From the sequence record SRR2962707_2562: DNA of 39,165 nt; one strand, given 5' to 3'. This document shows positions 26,802 through 35,233 of the stretch, piece after piece. Numbering within the stretch: the first letter of the stretch is position 1; each line of letters begins with the position of its first letter. The position numbers were made by a program, and so were the translations under genes. Below the pieces are notes generated by a model. The model searched no databases. It was not told the DNA's origin and saw only the letters and a list, made by a program, of their open reading frames with translations.

Positions 26802-29800
26802 ACAAAGTCCTTCGGCATCTGTTTGAGCACTTCACCCGCGGGTCCGAAAGCACGCACGTTACCGTATTCGAGCCATAGAATTTTATCGGCAAGCCGCAAG
26901 TGGCTTGGACGGTGTGTCACCATCAGGATAGTCGTTTCACCACGCATGCGCTCGACATTCTTCATGAACACCTGATCGCTGGCGAAGTCCAGCCCGTTGC
27001 CCGGCTCATCGAAAAGCATGATCGGTGATCGCTTGAGATAACCCCGGGCCAGATTCAGTCTCTGCAGCAGACTTGTCGGCATCTGCCCGGAACTGGAATC
27101 CCCGATGCGAACCTCAAAGCCATCGCGTTTCCACTTCCCGGACCCTTGTGACAGGCCGAGGACTTCATCAAGAACGCCCGCCATATCGCAGGCCCGATAC
27201 AGGTCTTCGTCCGTTGCCGTTGGGTTGGCGAGGCGCAAATTCTGCGCAATCGTACCATAGAAGAACTGCACCGTCTGCGGCACATAAGCCACGGCATGTC
27301 GCAGTTCGACCGTATCCATCTGCCGGATGTCCATATTATCTATACGTATCGAACCGGCCTGTGGTGCATACATTGCAGCCAACAGTTTGAGAACCGTCGA
27401 CTTGCCGGAGCCGTTTCCGCCGACGATGCAAAGGACTTCGCCGGGTTCAAGATCAAAACTGACCCCGACCAGCGCGGGATCGCTGTCCGGGCTGTAACGG
27501 ATCGAAACGCGGGCAAAGGTAACGAACCCCTGGATCTGCTTGAGCGGATTGACCAGCGTATGCTGCTCTCGCTCACCACGGATATTCATGAGGTTATTGA
27601 TCTGTGAAATCGAGGACTTCACCTGTGTCAGACGCGTCAGCGATACAAAGGCGGTCTGCAGCGGCGCCAGCACACGCCACACAAGGATCATCGAGGCCAC
27701 CAGCCCACCGACGGACATATCGCCGTTCATGACCCGGAATACACCGAAGATAATGGTCCCCAAACCGGCCGAAATCATCAACACATGGGAAATCGTCTGC
27801 ATCAGTGCGGATAACTGCGCGGTGTAAAAACTGTTCAGTGAGGCCGTTGCAGAATATTCGCGATACCTTTCCATCCAGCGCTCTTCCGCGCCGCAGTATT
27901 TCACCGCACGCATGCCGCTCAGTGTTTCCACGATCAATTCCTGCTTCTTCGATGAAGCACGAGCCGCTCTGCCAACCGAGTTCCGAAGCAATGGCGAAAT
28001 GATCAGACCGAGGATAAAGAAACACGCCATCATGATGATGGAAACAAAGACAACAGGTCCTGCAAGGGCCGCGATCGTGATGATAAAGATAAATACGAAC
28101 GGCAGTTCGAACAGCACCATCGCCATCGGACCGGTGAAGAAATCCCGGATAGTCTCGAAATCCTTGATCCGCGCAACCTGTGCACCGATTGTTGCTCGTT
28201 CAGTAAATGTCGGCGGCAGAAACAGGATTTTGTGGAATATGGCGATGCCGACGATATTGTCGAGCCGGGCTCCGATAAACGCCATGATCTTGGACCTGAT
28301 CATCCTCAAAATCACATCGCAACCAATGGCGACACCGACCCCGAAAGCAAAAAAGGCCAGTGTCGGCAGCGATCCGGTTGCGACCACCTTGTCATAGACC
28401 GCCATCACGAACAGCGGTGTCACAAGGGCAAGAATATTGAGCACAAACGTAATGCCGAGAGTTTGATAGACCAGCGCACGGAAGCGTTCCGATACGGCAC
28501 GGAACCAGCCGACCTTGCTTTGGGCCGACTGAATTTCATCTGCATCGACGGGACTGAAGAAATAGGCTGTTCCGCGGATATTGCTACGCGGCTGTAATCG
28601 TTCTTGATTCAGGCCGCCATCGAAGACGCGCAAACCTTCTTTCTCGTACCCGAGCAGAACCATCGCATCGCCATCGTCGGGCAAGAACAGGCACGGAAAC
28701 AGGCGCGTATCGATGCTCATCAAGCGCAGTTTCACCGGGCGGCTCTGATAGTGCAGCGTACCCATGATGTTGCGGAACGATGTCACGTCGAGCTGGTTCG
28801 TAAAGTGCGGCAAGGCCTCGGCAATATGACGACGGTCGCCCCGCCAGTTCAGGGCGTGCAACAGCTTCATAAGGCAGTTCGACAGGTCCGTCGCTTCCTT
28901 GAGCGAGGCAAGGGCCGGATCTTCGTGGGCCGGTGGGCCGCTGTCAGGGATCGGCGTCGGCCTCGGCGGCTCCCCTCCGCCATCGCCACCACCAGAACCG
29001 CCCCGCGGTGCGGGTGGCAAAGGCGGTGCTGCTGCCTGATCTGCAGTAAGAGCGGGCGCCATTTGATCAAACCGGGGCAAAGGTTCGAATACGCCTTGTA
29101 ATTCAGGCAGCGGCGGCGGTGGCTGCAGTCCCCTGCCCCGGGCCTCTGCAGGATCGGATTTAAGTGGAGTCTGTCCTGGCTGGGCCGGGCGCGGTGCTTC
29201 CTGAAGCGGGCGAGGTGCGGGCTGCCTTGCCTCAGGTTGCGGAGCTGATTGCCTAGCCGGTTGAGGCCCAGGTTGAACGGGCGGGCTTTGAGGTTGTGCC
29301 ACGGGCTGGGCAGCAACCTTCTGACGGCTTGGTTTTGCGGGCTTGGGCTCTGCGGGTTGGGCCTTTGCTTGCGGGGTCTGCCTTTTGGGTGGCGCTTCAG
29401 GGCGCGTAGCCGGCGCTTGAGTAGCGCGCTGCGCAGGCTTAGGCGATGATTTCTTCACATTGCCGGGTGAGGTTTCTTGCTGTTCTTCTTCCTGTTCCTG
29501 GCGCTTCCGCAGACGAGGCGGCACTCGCCCACCCTTGGCAGGTGCTTTGAGCGCTGCCAAAGCCTTATCGGCAAGTGCGTTACGTTCTTCCTTGGTTTGA
29601 GCGGGAGTCTTCGCAACCGGTGGGGAAACGGGCTTTTGCGGGTTTGCGGATGGCTTGGCCTGTTCCGCCTGTGGCGGTTCTGCACGCGCCATTTTCACAT
29701 TTGGGCGTGGCCCGCGATCGGCCGAAGGGGGTTGCGGTTTCCGGGCTTCGGGTCGGCGCGGTGCGGGGCGTTTGCGCTCACCGATCGGCGGCATGGGCGT

Positions 29801-30043
29801 GCCGCGCTCGTCGTCGCTCAGAGGTGCGGCAACAGGGGCAGATGACGTATCGGATGATGGGGTCGGTGCGGGCGCAGCTTTTGTATCAGATGAGGTTCGG
29901 GCCTGTGGGGCACGCGGTCTCGGCGCACTCTCCTTCTCAGCAGCCCTGTCACCGAAGACGCGGTCGACGGCGGCATCGACAGGCTCGATGATGCTATCTT
30001 CAGCATCATCGACGGCTTCGATTTTTGATAGTATGCCGCTCAT
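26798..30043 (-). CDS. Type I secretion ABC transporter with C39-like region and a long low-complexity N-terminal extension
   Basis: About 380 aa of P/A/Q-rich sequence, then EALPHF...L (C39-like region), TM domain (PLFVM.VYDKV), Walker A GGNGSGKST, Walker B MLFDEP, H-loop VTHRPS. Confidence 0.9.
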   Translation of the reverse strand: MSGILSKIEAVDDAEDSIIEPVDAAVDRVFGDRAAEKESAPRPRAPQARTSSDTKAAPAPTPSSDTSSAPVAAPLSDDERGTPMPPIGERKRPAPRRPEARKPQPPSADRGPRPNVKMARAEPPQAEQAKPSANPQKPVSPPVAKTPAQTKEERNALADKALAALKAPAKGGRVPPRLRKRQEQEEEQQETSPGNVKKSSPKPAQRATQAPATRPEAPPKRQTPQAKAQPAEPKPAKPSRQKVAAQPVAQPQSPPVQPGPQPARQSAPQPEARQPAPRPLQEAPRPAQPGQTPLKSDPAEARGRGLQPPPPLPELQGVFEPLPRFDQMAPALTADQAAAPPLPPAPRGGSGGGDGGGEPPRPTPIPDSGPPAHEDPALASLKEATDLSNCLMKLLHALNWRGDRRHIAEALPHFTNQLDVTSFRNIMGTLHYQSRPVKLRLMSIDTRLFPCLFLPDDGDAMVLLGYEKEGLRVFDGGLNQERLQPRSNIRGTAYFFSPVDADEIQSAQSKVGWFRAVSERFRALVYQTLGITFVLNILALVTPLFVMAVYDKVVATGSLPTLAFFAFGVGVAIGCDVILRMIRSKIMAFIGARLDNIVGIAIFHKILFLPPTFTERATIGAQVARIKDFETIRDFFTGPMAMVLFELPFVFIFIITIAALAGPVVFVSIIMMACFFILGLIISPLLRNSVGRAARASSKKQELIVETLSGMRAVKYCGAEERWMERYREYSATASLNSFYTAQLSALMQTISHVLMISAGLGTIIFGVFRVMNGDMSVGGLVASMILVWRVLAPLQTAFVSLTRLTQVKSSISQINNLMNIRGEREQHTLVNPLKQIQGFVTFARVSIRYSPDSDPALVGVSFDLEPGEVLCIVGGNGSGKSTVLKLLAAMYAPQAGSIRIDNMDIRQMDTVELRHAVAYVPQTVQFFYGTIAQNLRLANPTATDEDLYRACDMAGVLDEVLGLSQGSGKWKRDGFEVRIGDSSSGQMPTSLLQRLNLARGYLKRSPIMLFDEPGNGLDFASDQVFMKNVERMRGETTILMVTHRPSHLRLADKILWLEYGNVRAFGPAGEVLKQMPKDFV

Positions 30044-30087
30044 TCGGATCGTTTACCTGTCTTTTCGCAGTTACTTTTCAGACATGC

Positions 30088-30303
30088 TCAGCCGAAACTG
30101 AACCCACGGCCGGGACCGCTCAGCCAGCCATCCCGGGGCACGCTCATCATTTTCATTTTATCGTCTTTACGGTCAGCGCGGCGGGTCATGCCGGTCCGTG
30201 CAGCCGACCCTGATGGCTCCCGCTGTTCGTAGTCCTGGCTATAGCCATGCACATACCCTTCGACACCGTCTGCGGCTTCCAGTTTTCTAAGTTTCCCAGT
30301 CAT
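30088..30303 (-). CDS. Possible small protein between the two ABC genes
   Basis: 71-aa ORF starting 5 nt after the upstream stop, with AAGGA upstream; fills most of the gap; no motif. Confidence 0.4.
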   Translation of the reverse strand: MTGKLRKLEAADGVEGYVHGYSQDYEQREPSGSAARTGMTRRADRKDDKMKMMSVPRDGWLSGPGRGFSFG

Positions 30304-30308
30304 GATGG

Positions 30309-32039
30309 CTATCCTTTCCCAGGGGTTTGACCGATTTTCTCGCTTTCCGGCATACGTTCGACCAGTTGCGCACCTTCGATATCAAAGATGCGGTCAGCAA
30401 GATTCAGCATGGACGGACGCGGCGTCACCAATACCAGTGTGACCCGGCCTTTCAGCCGTTCGAGCAAATTACGGAGCGTGGAATCACCGGCGCTGTCCAT
30501 AGACGCATTGGCTTCGTCGAACAGCAGTACACGCGGCTTGTCGACGAGAGCCCGGGCAATGGCGATACGCTGCTTGATGCCCTTTGGCAGTTTGTCACCA
30601 GCACCATCGCCAACCTTGGTTTCATAACCATGCGGCATATGGGCGACGACATTGTCGAGCCCCAGCAGGCGGGATATGTCCAATGCCTCGTCAATCTTGT
30701 CATCCCGGAACATCGTGACGTTTTCCAGGATCGTGCCGTTGAACAGCGTCCCTTCCTGAGGCAGGTAGGCAATCTGACGACGAATGCTTGAAGGGTCGTA
30801 TTCATACAGATCCATGCCGTCGGCAAGGATACGTCCCTGGCTCGGTGCAAAAACGCCCATCATGATATAGAGCAATGTCGTCTTGCCACTCGACCCGGCC
30901 CCGGTAATGCCTATGGTTTCGCCGGACTCGATGGTCAGGTCCACGTCCTTGAACACGGGCGGCAGTTCATCGCCATCCTTGTTCTTGCCGTAGGTAAAAC
31001 TCATGTTCTCGATTTTCAGGTTGCCGCGAATGGCCGGCAACTGGGGCAATCCTGCGGGTTTTTCCTCTTCCATTTGAAAGAGCTTCCGCACCCTGTCGAG
31101 AGACAACTGGATCGACTGGAAACGGGTCCAGATACCTACAGCTTTCTGCAACGGCTGCATGGAACGGCCGGCAAGCATGGTACATGCGGCAAGACCACCG
31201 ACGGTCAGTTCCTGATCGATGACGAATGTTGCACCGTAGCCAACCACACAGAACAGCACGAGCTGTGAGAACAATGCACCCGTGGAACTGGCGGATGCGG
31301 AATGAAGCGCAACATTGTAGTCAGCCGTTGCACAGGTTTCCTGCAGTCGTTCATAGCGACGGATCATTTGTTCTTCCATCGCAAGACCTTTGACGGTGTG
31401 AATACCGCCCAGAACTTCGATGATGAAGCTGTAGCGACGGTCATCGGCCATCATTCGGCTTTCAAGGGCGCCGCGCAGCCTGCCGCCGACAACCATCGCC
31501 GCGATCGCAAACACGATGATCAGCGCGATCGGCACCAGCACCAGATGTCCGGCAAGATAGTACATGGCACTCAGGAACAAGACGGCAAACGGCAGATCGC
31601 AAAGCGCAAGGATTGCCTGCCCCGCATAAAATTCCTTAAGCGGGCCCAGGGAATTGAAGCGCTCAAGATGGACGCCCGACCCCTGACGTTCGTAATCGAC
31701 GATAGACACGTTAAGCAGTCTTTCTACCGCTGCGACGCCTGCAAGATGCTCAAAGCGTGCGCCCATCCAACCGCTGACATAGGACCGGCCCTGACGCAGG
31801 CATGCTTCAAGAATCAGTGCAGAACCAACACCGACGATCAGGAGAACCAACGTACCTTCAGCCGAGTTCGGGATGATACGGTCATAGACCTGCAGCAGCG
31901 TCAGCGGCATCGCCAACGCAAGAAGATTGATGAAGACCGACGCCAGGATAAGGTCGAACACGCCCCCCGGCGTATAAGATATACGGCCAAGTTCGCTGCC
32001 CTGCGGCTTCGACGATTTCAGCTTTTCAGCCAAGCCCAT
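30309..32039 (-). CDS. Type I secretion ABC transporter (second subunit, no N-terminal extra domain)
   Basis: FIN.L.LA.PL..LQVYDR..P, DLPF, G.L.AC..L.GR, Walker A GAGSSGKTT, Walker B LLFDEA; ATG at 32039. Confidence 0.9.
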   Translation of the reverse strand: MGLAEKLKSSKPQGSELGRISYTPGGVFDLILASVFINLLALAMPLTLLQVYDRIIPNSAEGTLVLLIVGVGSALILEACLRQGRSYVSGWMGARFEHLAGVAAVERLLNVSIVDYERQGSGVHLERFNSLGPLKEFYAGQAILALCDLPFAVLFLSAMYYLAGHLVLVPIALIIVFAIAAMVVGGRLRGALESRMMADDRRYSFIIEVLGGIHTVKGLAMEEQMIRRYERLQETCATADYNVALHSASASSTGALFSQLVLFCVVGYGATFVIDQELTVGGLAACTMLAGRSMQPLQKAVGIWTRFQSIQLSLDRVRKLFQMEEEKPAGLPQLPAIRGNLKIENMSFTYGKNKDGDELPPVFKDVDLTIESGETIGITGAGSSGKTTLLYIMMGVFAPSQGRILADGMDLYEYDPSSIRRQIAYLPQEGTLFNGTILENVTMFRDDKIDEALDISRLLGLDNVVAHMPHGYETKVGDGAGDKLPKGIKQRIAIARALVDKPRVLLFDEANASMDSAGDSTLRNLLERLKGRVTLVLVTPRPSMLNLADRIFDIEGAQLVERMPESEKIGQTPGKG

Positions 32040-32117
32040 GTATTTATCCGGTCGCTTTTCGCAACCGATCCTTCCGCTCTTAGGCCCTGCCCGCAAAGAT
32101 TAGGCCAGATACCGGTG

Positions 32118-32145
32118 TAAGGGTTTGTTGTTAATAAACCCTTAT
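32118..32145. promoter_or_regulatory. Inverted repeat overlapping a CtrA-like box upstream of the T1SS operon
   Basis: TAAGGGTTT-N9-AAACCCTTA perfect 9-bp arms; TTAA-N7-TTAT at 32131-32145 is one mismatch from TTAA-N7-TTAA. Confidence 0.45.
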
Positions 32146-32243
32146 CAGAAGACCGCTATCACCCGGGCAAACCCTTGGTAACATTGGCACTCCGGCCTGA
32201 CAGCATCCTTAACGCCAGGAAATAAGCAGTGGTGTAATTCCGA

Positions 32244-33026
32244 TCAGTCGACCGGCACGATATTGCGGCTGATGACTGACTCGGCCGTATTGCGGAATGT
32301 GCCCAAATTCATGCCTGCTGGAATCGCCGGGTCGTAAAGTGTACGGACCAATATCCGGTCCAGACGGGATAGCCTGGTCAGCTTGGCCGTCTCGTTAAAG
32401 ACTGAAGGACGAAGCCGGTCACTATCATTAGGCAAGCCAAGAGATTGCGTTAATTCTTCTAATAAACAATGGTTTATATGATCATCTTCAAGAATCGAAT
32501 TAATGACTATTCTGGCTTTCTGAATTTGCCAATTCGCTCCTGGCCAGATCAGAAAAAAGCACCTGCCCGGCCCAAGAGACTGGCGCAAGGTCCGTTCCGG
32601 AACTCCGGGAAAAGGCAGTTGCGACATCAGCGTCCGGGGGACGATCGTGATTACGATGTCGCCGCCGACGCCTATATCGCGAGGCATAAGCCGTATCGTC
32701 AGACCGCTTTCGGCACTCAGGCTGATGATGTGATTACGGAGATTATCGTAATACGCTTCCGATGTTTTGGCCGGGATCGGCACAGCTTTTCCCGACGCAT
32801 CACGAGGCCCTGCAACCAGTGTTTCCAGACGAACCGACGGCGGCGACTGCCATTTGACCAGATGCGCGCCGGGCCTGGAGCCGATCATCACGTCTTCGGC
32901 AAAGCGCCGGATATCCGTGATGTCCGGCAAGGGTTCGGCATATGCCGCAGTCTTCAGCGCGGTCAATGAAACCAGAAACGAAAGAATGATGAGGCGGCAA
33001 AGCCGTTTACCGAGCAAGATGTTCAC
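32244..33026 (-). CDS. DUF2927-like secreted protein (paralogue 2)
   Basis: Signal peptide, KW..P, CFF, CLLEELTQSLGLPNDS....PSVFN, D..L...LYDP....G. Confidence 0.75.
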   Translation of the reverse strand: MNILLGKRLCRLIILSFLVSLTALKTAAYAEPLPDITDIRRFAEDVMIGSRPGAHLVKWQSPPSVRLETLVAGPRDASGKAVPIPAKTSEAYYDNLRNHIISLSAESGLTIRLMPRDIGVGGDIVITIVPRTLMSQLPFPGVPERTLRQSLGPGRCFFLIWPGANWQIQKARIVINSILEDDHINHCLLEELTQSLGLPNDSDRLRPSVFNETAKLTRLSRLDRILVRTLYDPAIPAGMNLGTFRNTAESVISRNIVPVD

Positions 33027-33819
33027 TCATAATGTCGCGGCCTATCCTTAGTGCATCCCTTCGCGGTGTGCCGGCAGGCAGCCTTTTATCATAAAGCGTT
33101 TTAATCAACACAACATCGGTCGAGCTTAGTGTTTCCGAGGTCGATTTCTGATTAAAGATCGAAGGCGATACAAGGTCACTATCGTTCGGCAGGCCCATAG
33201 CCTGCGTCATTTCCTCGAGCAGGCATGCATTCATCTGCTCTGGCGGTAACTCATTGTTGACGACGATCAGGCTCCGGAACATGGCACCTGTGCTGATTGA
33301 GCGTGTCAGGAAATAGCAGACGCCGGGCTGTCCAAGCCGTTTTAAAATCTCCGGGTCAACATCACTCGCCAAAAAGGGCTGCCCCATCACCAGCCGGGGG
33401 ACGAACTTGATGATGAAATTGGCGGGCTTGCCATTCTCTTTGTCGCTCTTTTCTGACTGAGCCCCCGTCAGTTTAACCAGTGTCGTCAGATGCTTGCGGA
33501 TCATATCCACCTGATTTTTACCGGGGGGTGCATAACTGAGCTTCAATTCCCGCTTGCCGTCGGGCTTGTTGATCATGTTTCCCTGCATGGATGTGATCGA
33601 CACGCGAATGGGGGTCATCCATTTCTGAACATATTCAGCCGGTTTGACGCCCTCGATCTCAGCGCCGAACACGATACTGTCAAAATGCTGCATAAGTTCA
33701 TCAAGACCGGGTTCTGCGGCGTCGGCACAGAACACAGCCCCTGTCATCAGGGCAAACACGGCCGCCGCGGCGAAATGACGGGATTTGATGGACGTACGCT
33801 GAAACAGTGAAACGGTCAT
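33007..33819 (-). CDS. DUF2927-like secreted protein (paralogue 1)
   Basis: Signal peptide, KW..PIRV, CYF, CLLEEMTQAMGLPNDS....PSIFN, D..L...LYD..L..G. Confidence 0.75.
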   Translation of the reverse strand: MTVSLFQRTSIKSRHFAAAAVFALMTGAVFCADAAEPGLDELMQHFDSIVFGAEIEGVKPAEYVQKWMTPIRVSITSMQGNMINKPDGKRELKLSYAPPGKNQVDMIRKHLTTLVKLTGAQSEKSDKENGKPANFIIKFVPRLVMGQPFLASDVDPEILKRLGQPGVCYFLTRSISTGAMFRSLIVVNNELPPEQMNACLLEEMTQAMGLPNDSDLVSPSIFNQKSTSETLSSTDVVLIKTLYDKRLPAGTPRRDALRIGRDIMSEHLAR

Positions 33820-33851
33820 GGATCAGAGACTAGCACACCGAGCGGGGTGAT

Positions 33852-35087
33852 CTAACCCTGTCCGCCGTCAATTTTCAGTGAATTCAGTATTCGTTCCGCG
33901 ACAGGCCGGTAGGTATCGAATTGAGCTGCCGGCGCCGTGTATGACCAGATATGTGCGATGCCACCTTCCGGTCTCGGCAGAACCAGTGCCCATTTGCGGA
34001 ACCGTTGTCCCTGATGATCATAGCTGGCGACAAACTGATGCCCTTCAAGGGTCATCCCGTATTTTGCATACGTTACCGGCTTTTCACCAACGAATTGAAC
34101 CCCGTGCGCCTGAGTAGCCAGGTCATTTTTGAGGTTGTTGATCGCCGTGCGAGCCACATCGCCTTCACCTACAGGTTTCACGTTCTGCAAAGAAATGATG
34201 GCATCATATGCAGGTGTGCCTCGCGGGCCACTGATTGCGTTCGTATAGGCACTCAATTTCTCAAGCTGCCAGGCAGACGGATATTCAACACGGTATCCAT
34301 ATCCCGCCTCGGAAAAAACGATCACATCCGGTGCGCTAACGACTTCCGGAAGTTTCGGCCGGCCGGCAGGATTTACTTCGGGTGCATTTTCAGCCCGCAA
34401 TGGCGGCTGTTTTTCTTCCGGCGCCGGATTTTCGACGATCTTCACAGGCTCAGCCGGCATATCCGCGGGTGAGGGCCTGAAACTGGCAAGTATCCACTCA
34501 AATTCCGTATATAGCTTCTCATAATGGCTGATCGGCGCGAAGAACATGAAGACGAAATCCGTCTTCATGCCACGTGCAATAACCACTTTGGTCTTCGTGG
34601 ACCCGGCTTCATAAGTGGCATATGCAGCTGGCAGGCCTGCAACGACGGCATTTCCTTCGCCGGTTTTCCGCGCCCACGGTTTCCCGTCGCCCAGATACTG
34701 CACTTCCAGTTTATGAAACATCTGCGGGGTAGCGATCTGTGGATTTGCATCCCCTGTCTGTATGTTGACCCCGTAACCTTTACGCGACTGGATCGCAATC
34801 TGTTGCCCGCTGGGGTGTTCCTGAAACCGAGCCCCGGGAGGAGCGACCAGCATGTAACCACGCTGCGCATCCTGATAAGCGACCGGCTTCGACATTGAGG
34901 AGCCGGGTGTACCCGGAATTGATGGTGAAGCACCAGGGGACGCGGCAGCGACGTTCGGGAAAATACTGTTCTGCGGCACCATGCCCGGCGCCGAAGTCCC
35001 GTCTGCCTTGGCAAGATGCACACCTGATCCGGTCAGAATGGCAATACCGGTCAATATCGCCGGCAGAGTGAAAGAATTATGGCGCAT
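33852..35087 (-). CDS. Secreted protein with two PsbP/DcrB-like domains
   Basis: Signal peptide (AKA), Pro-rich linkers, two units starting Y.D...GY....P / FS...YGY...YP..W and ending ....IL.S(F/L). Confidence 0.6.
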   Translation of the reverse strand: MRHNSFTLPAILTGIAILTGSGVHLAKADGTSAPGMVPQNSIFPNVAAASPGASPSIPGTPGSSMSKPVAYQDAQRGYMLVAPPGARFQEHPSGQQIAIQSRKGYGVNIQTGDANPQIATPQMFHKLEVQYLGDGKPWARKTGEGNAVVAGLPAAYATYEAGSTKTKVVIARGMKTDFVFMFFAPISHYEKLYTEFEWILASFRPSPADMPAEPVKIVENPAPEEKQPPLRAENAPEVNPAGRPKLPEVVSAPDVIVFSEAGYGYRVEYPSAWQLEKLSAYTNAISGPRGTPAYDAIISLQNVKPVGEGDVARTAINNLKNDLATQAHGVQFVGEKPVTYAKYGMTLEGHQFVASYDHQGQRFRKWALVLPRPEGGIAHIWSYTAPAAQFDTYRPVAERILNSLKIDGGQG

Positions 35088-35233
35088 GGCTGCGCTCCCT
35101 TGTCTCCGTGCGTCCTGAATGACGCGCCCAATTGCCTCGCGGAATATCCAAGCGTGACAAATCCCGTTAACAATATGTCACCACGTGGTTAACAATCCGT
35201 GAATCAATTGACGGAATCGCATGCCTGACGGCA

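Noticed and set aside
28900-30043. CRISPR array or DNA tandem repeat in the Pro-rich region
   Set aside because: Low complexity is at protein level only; no regularly spaced identical DNA repeats were seen.
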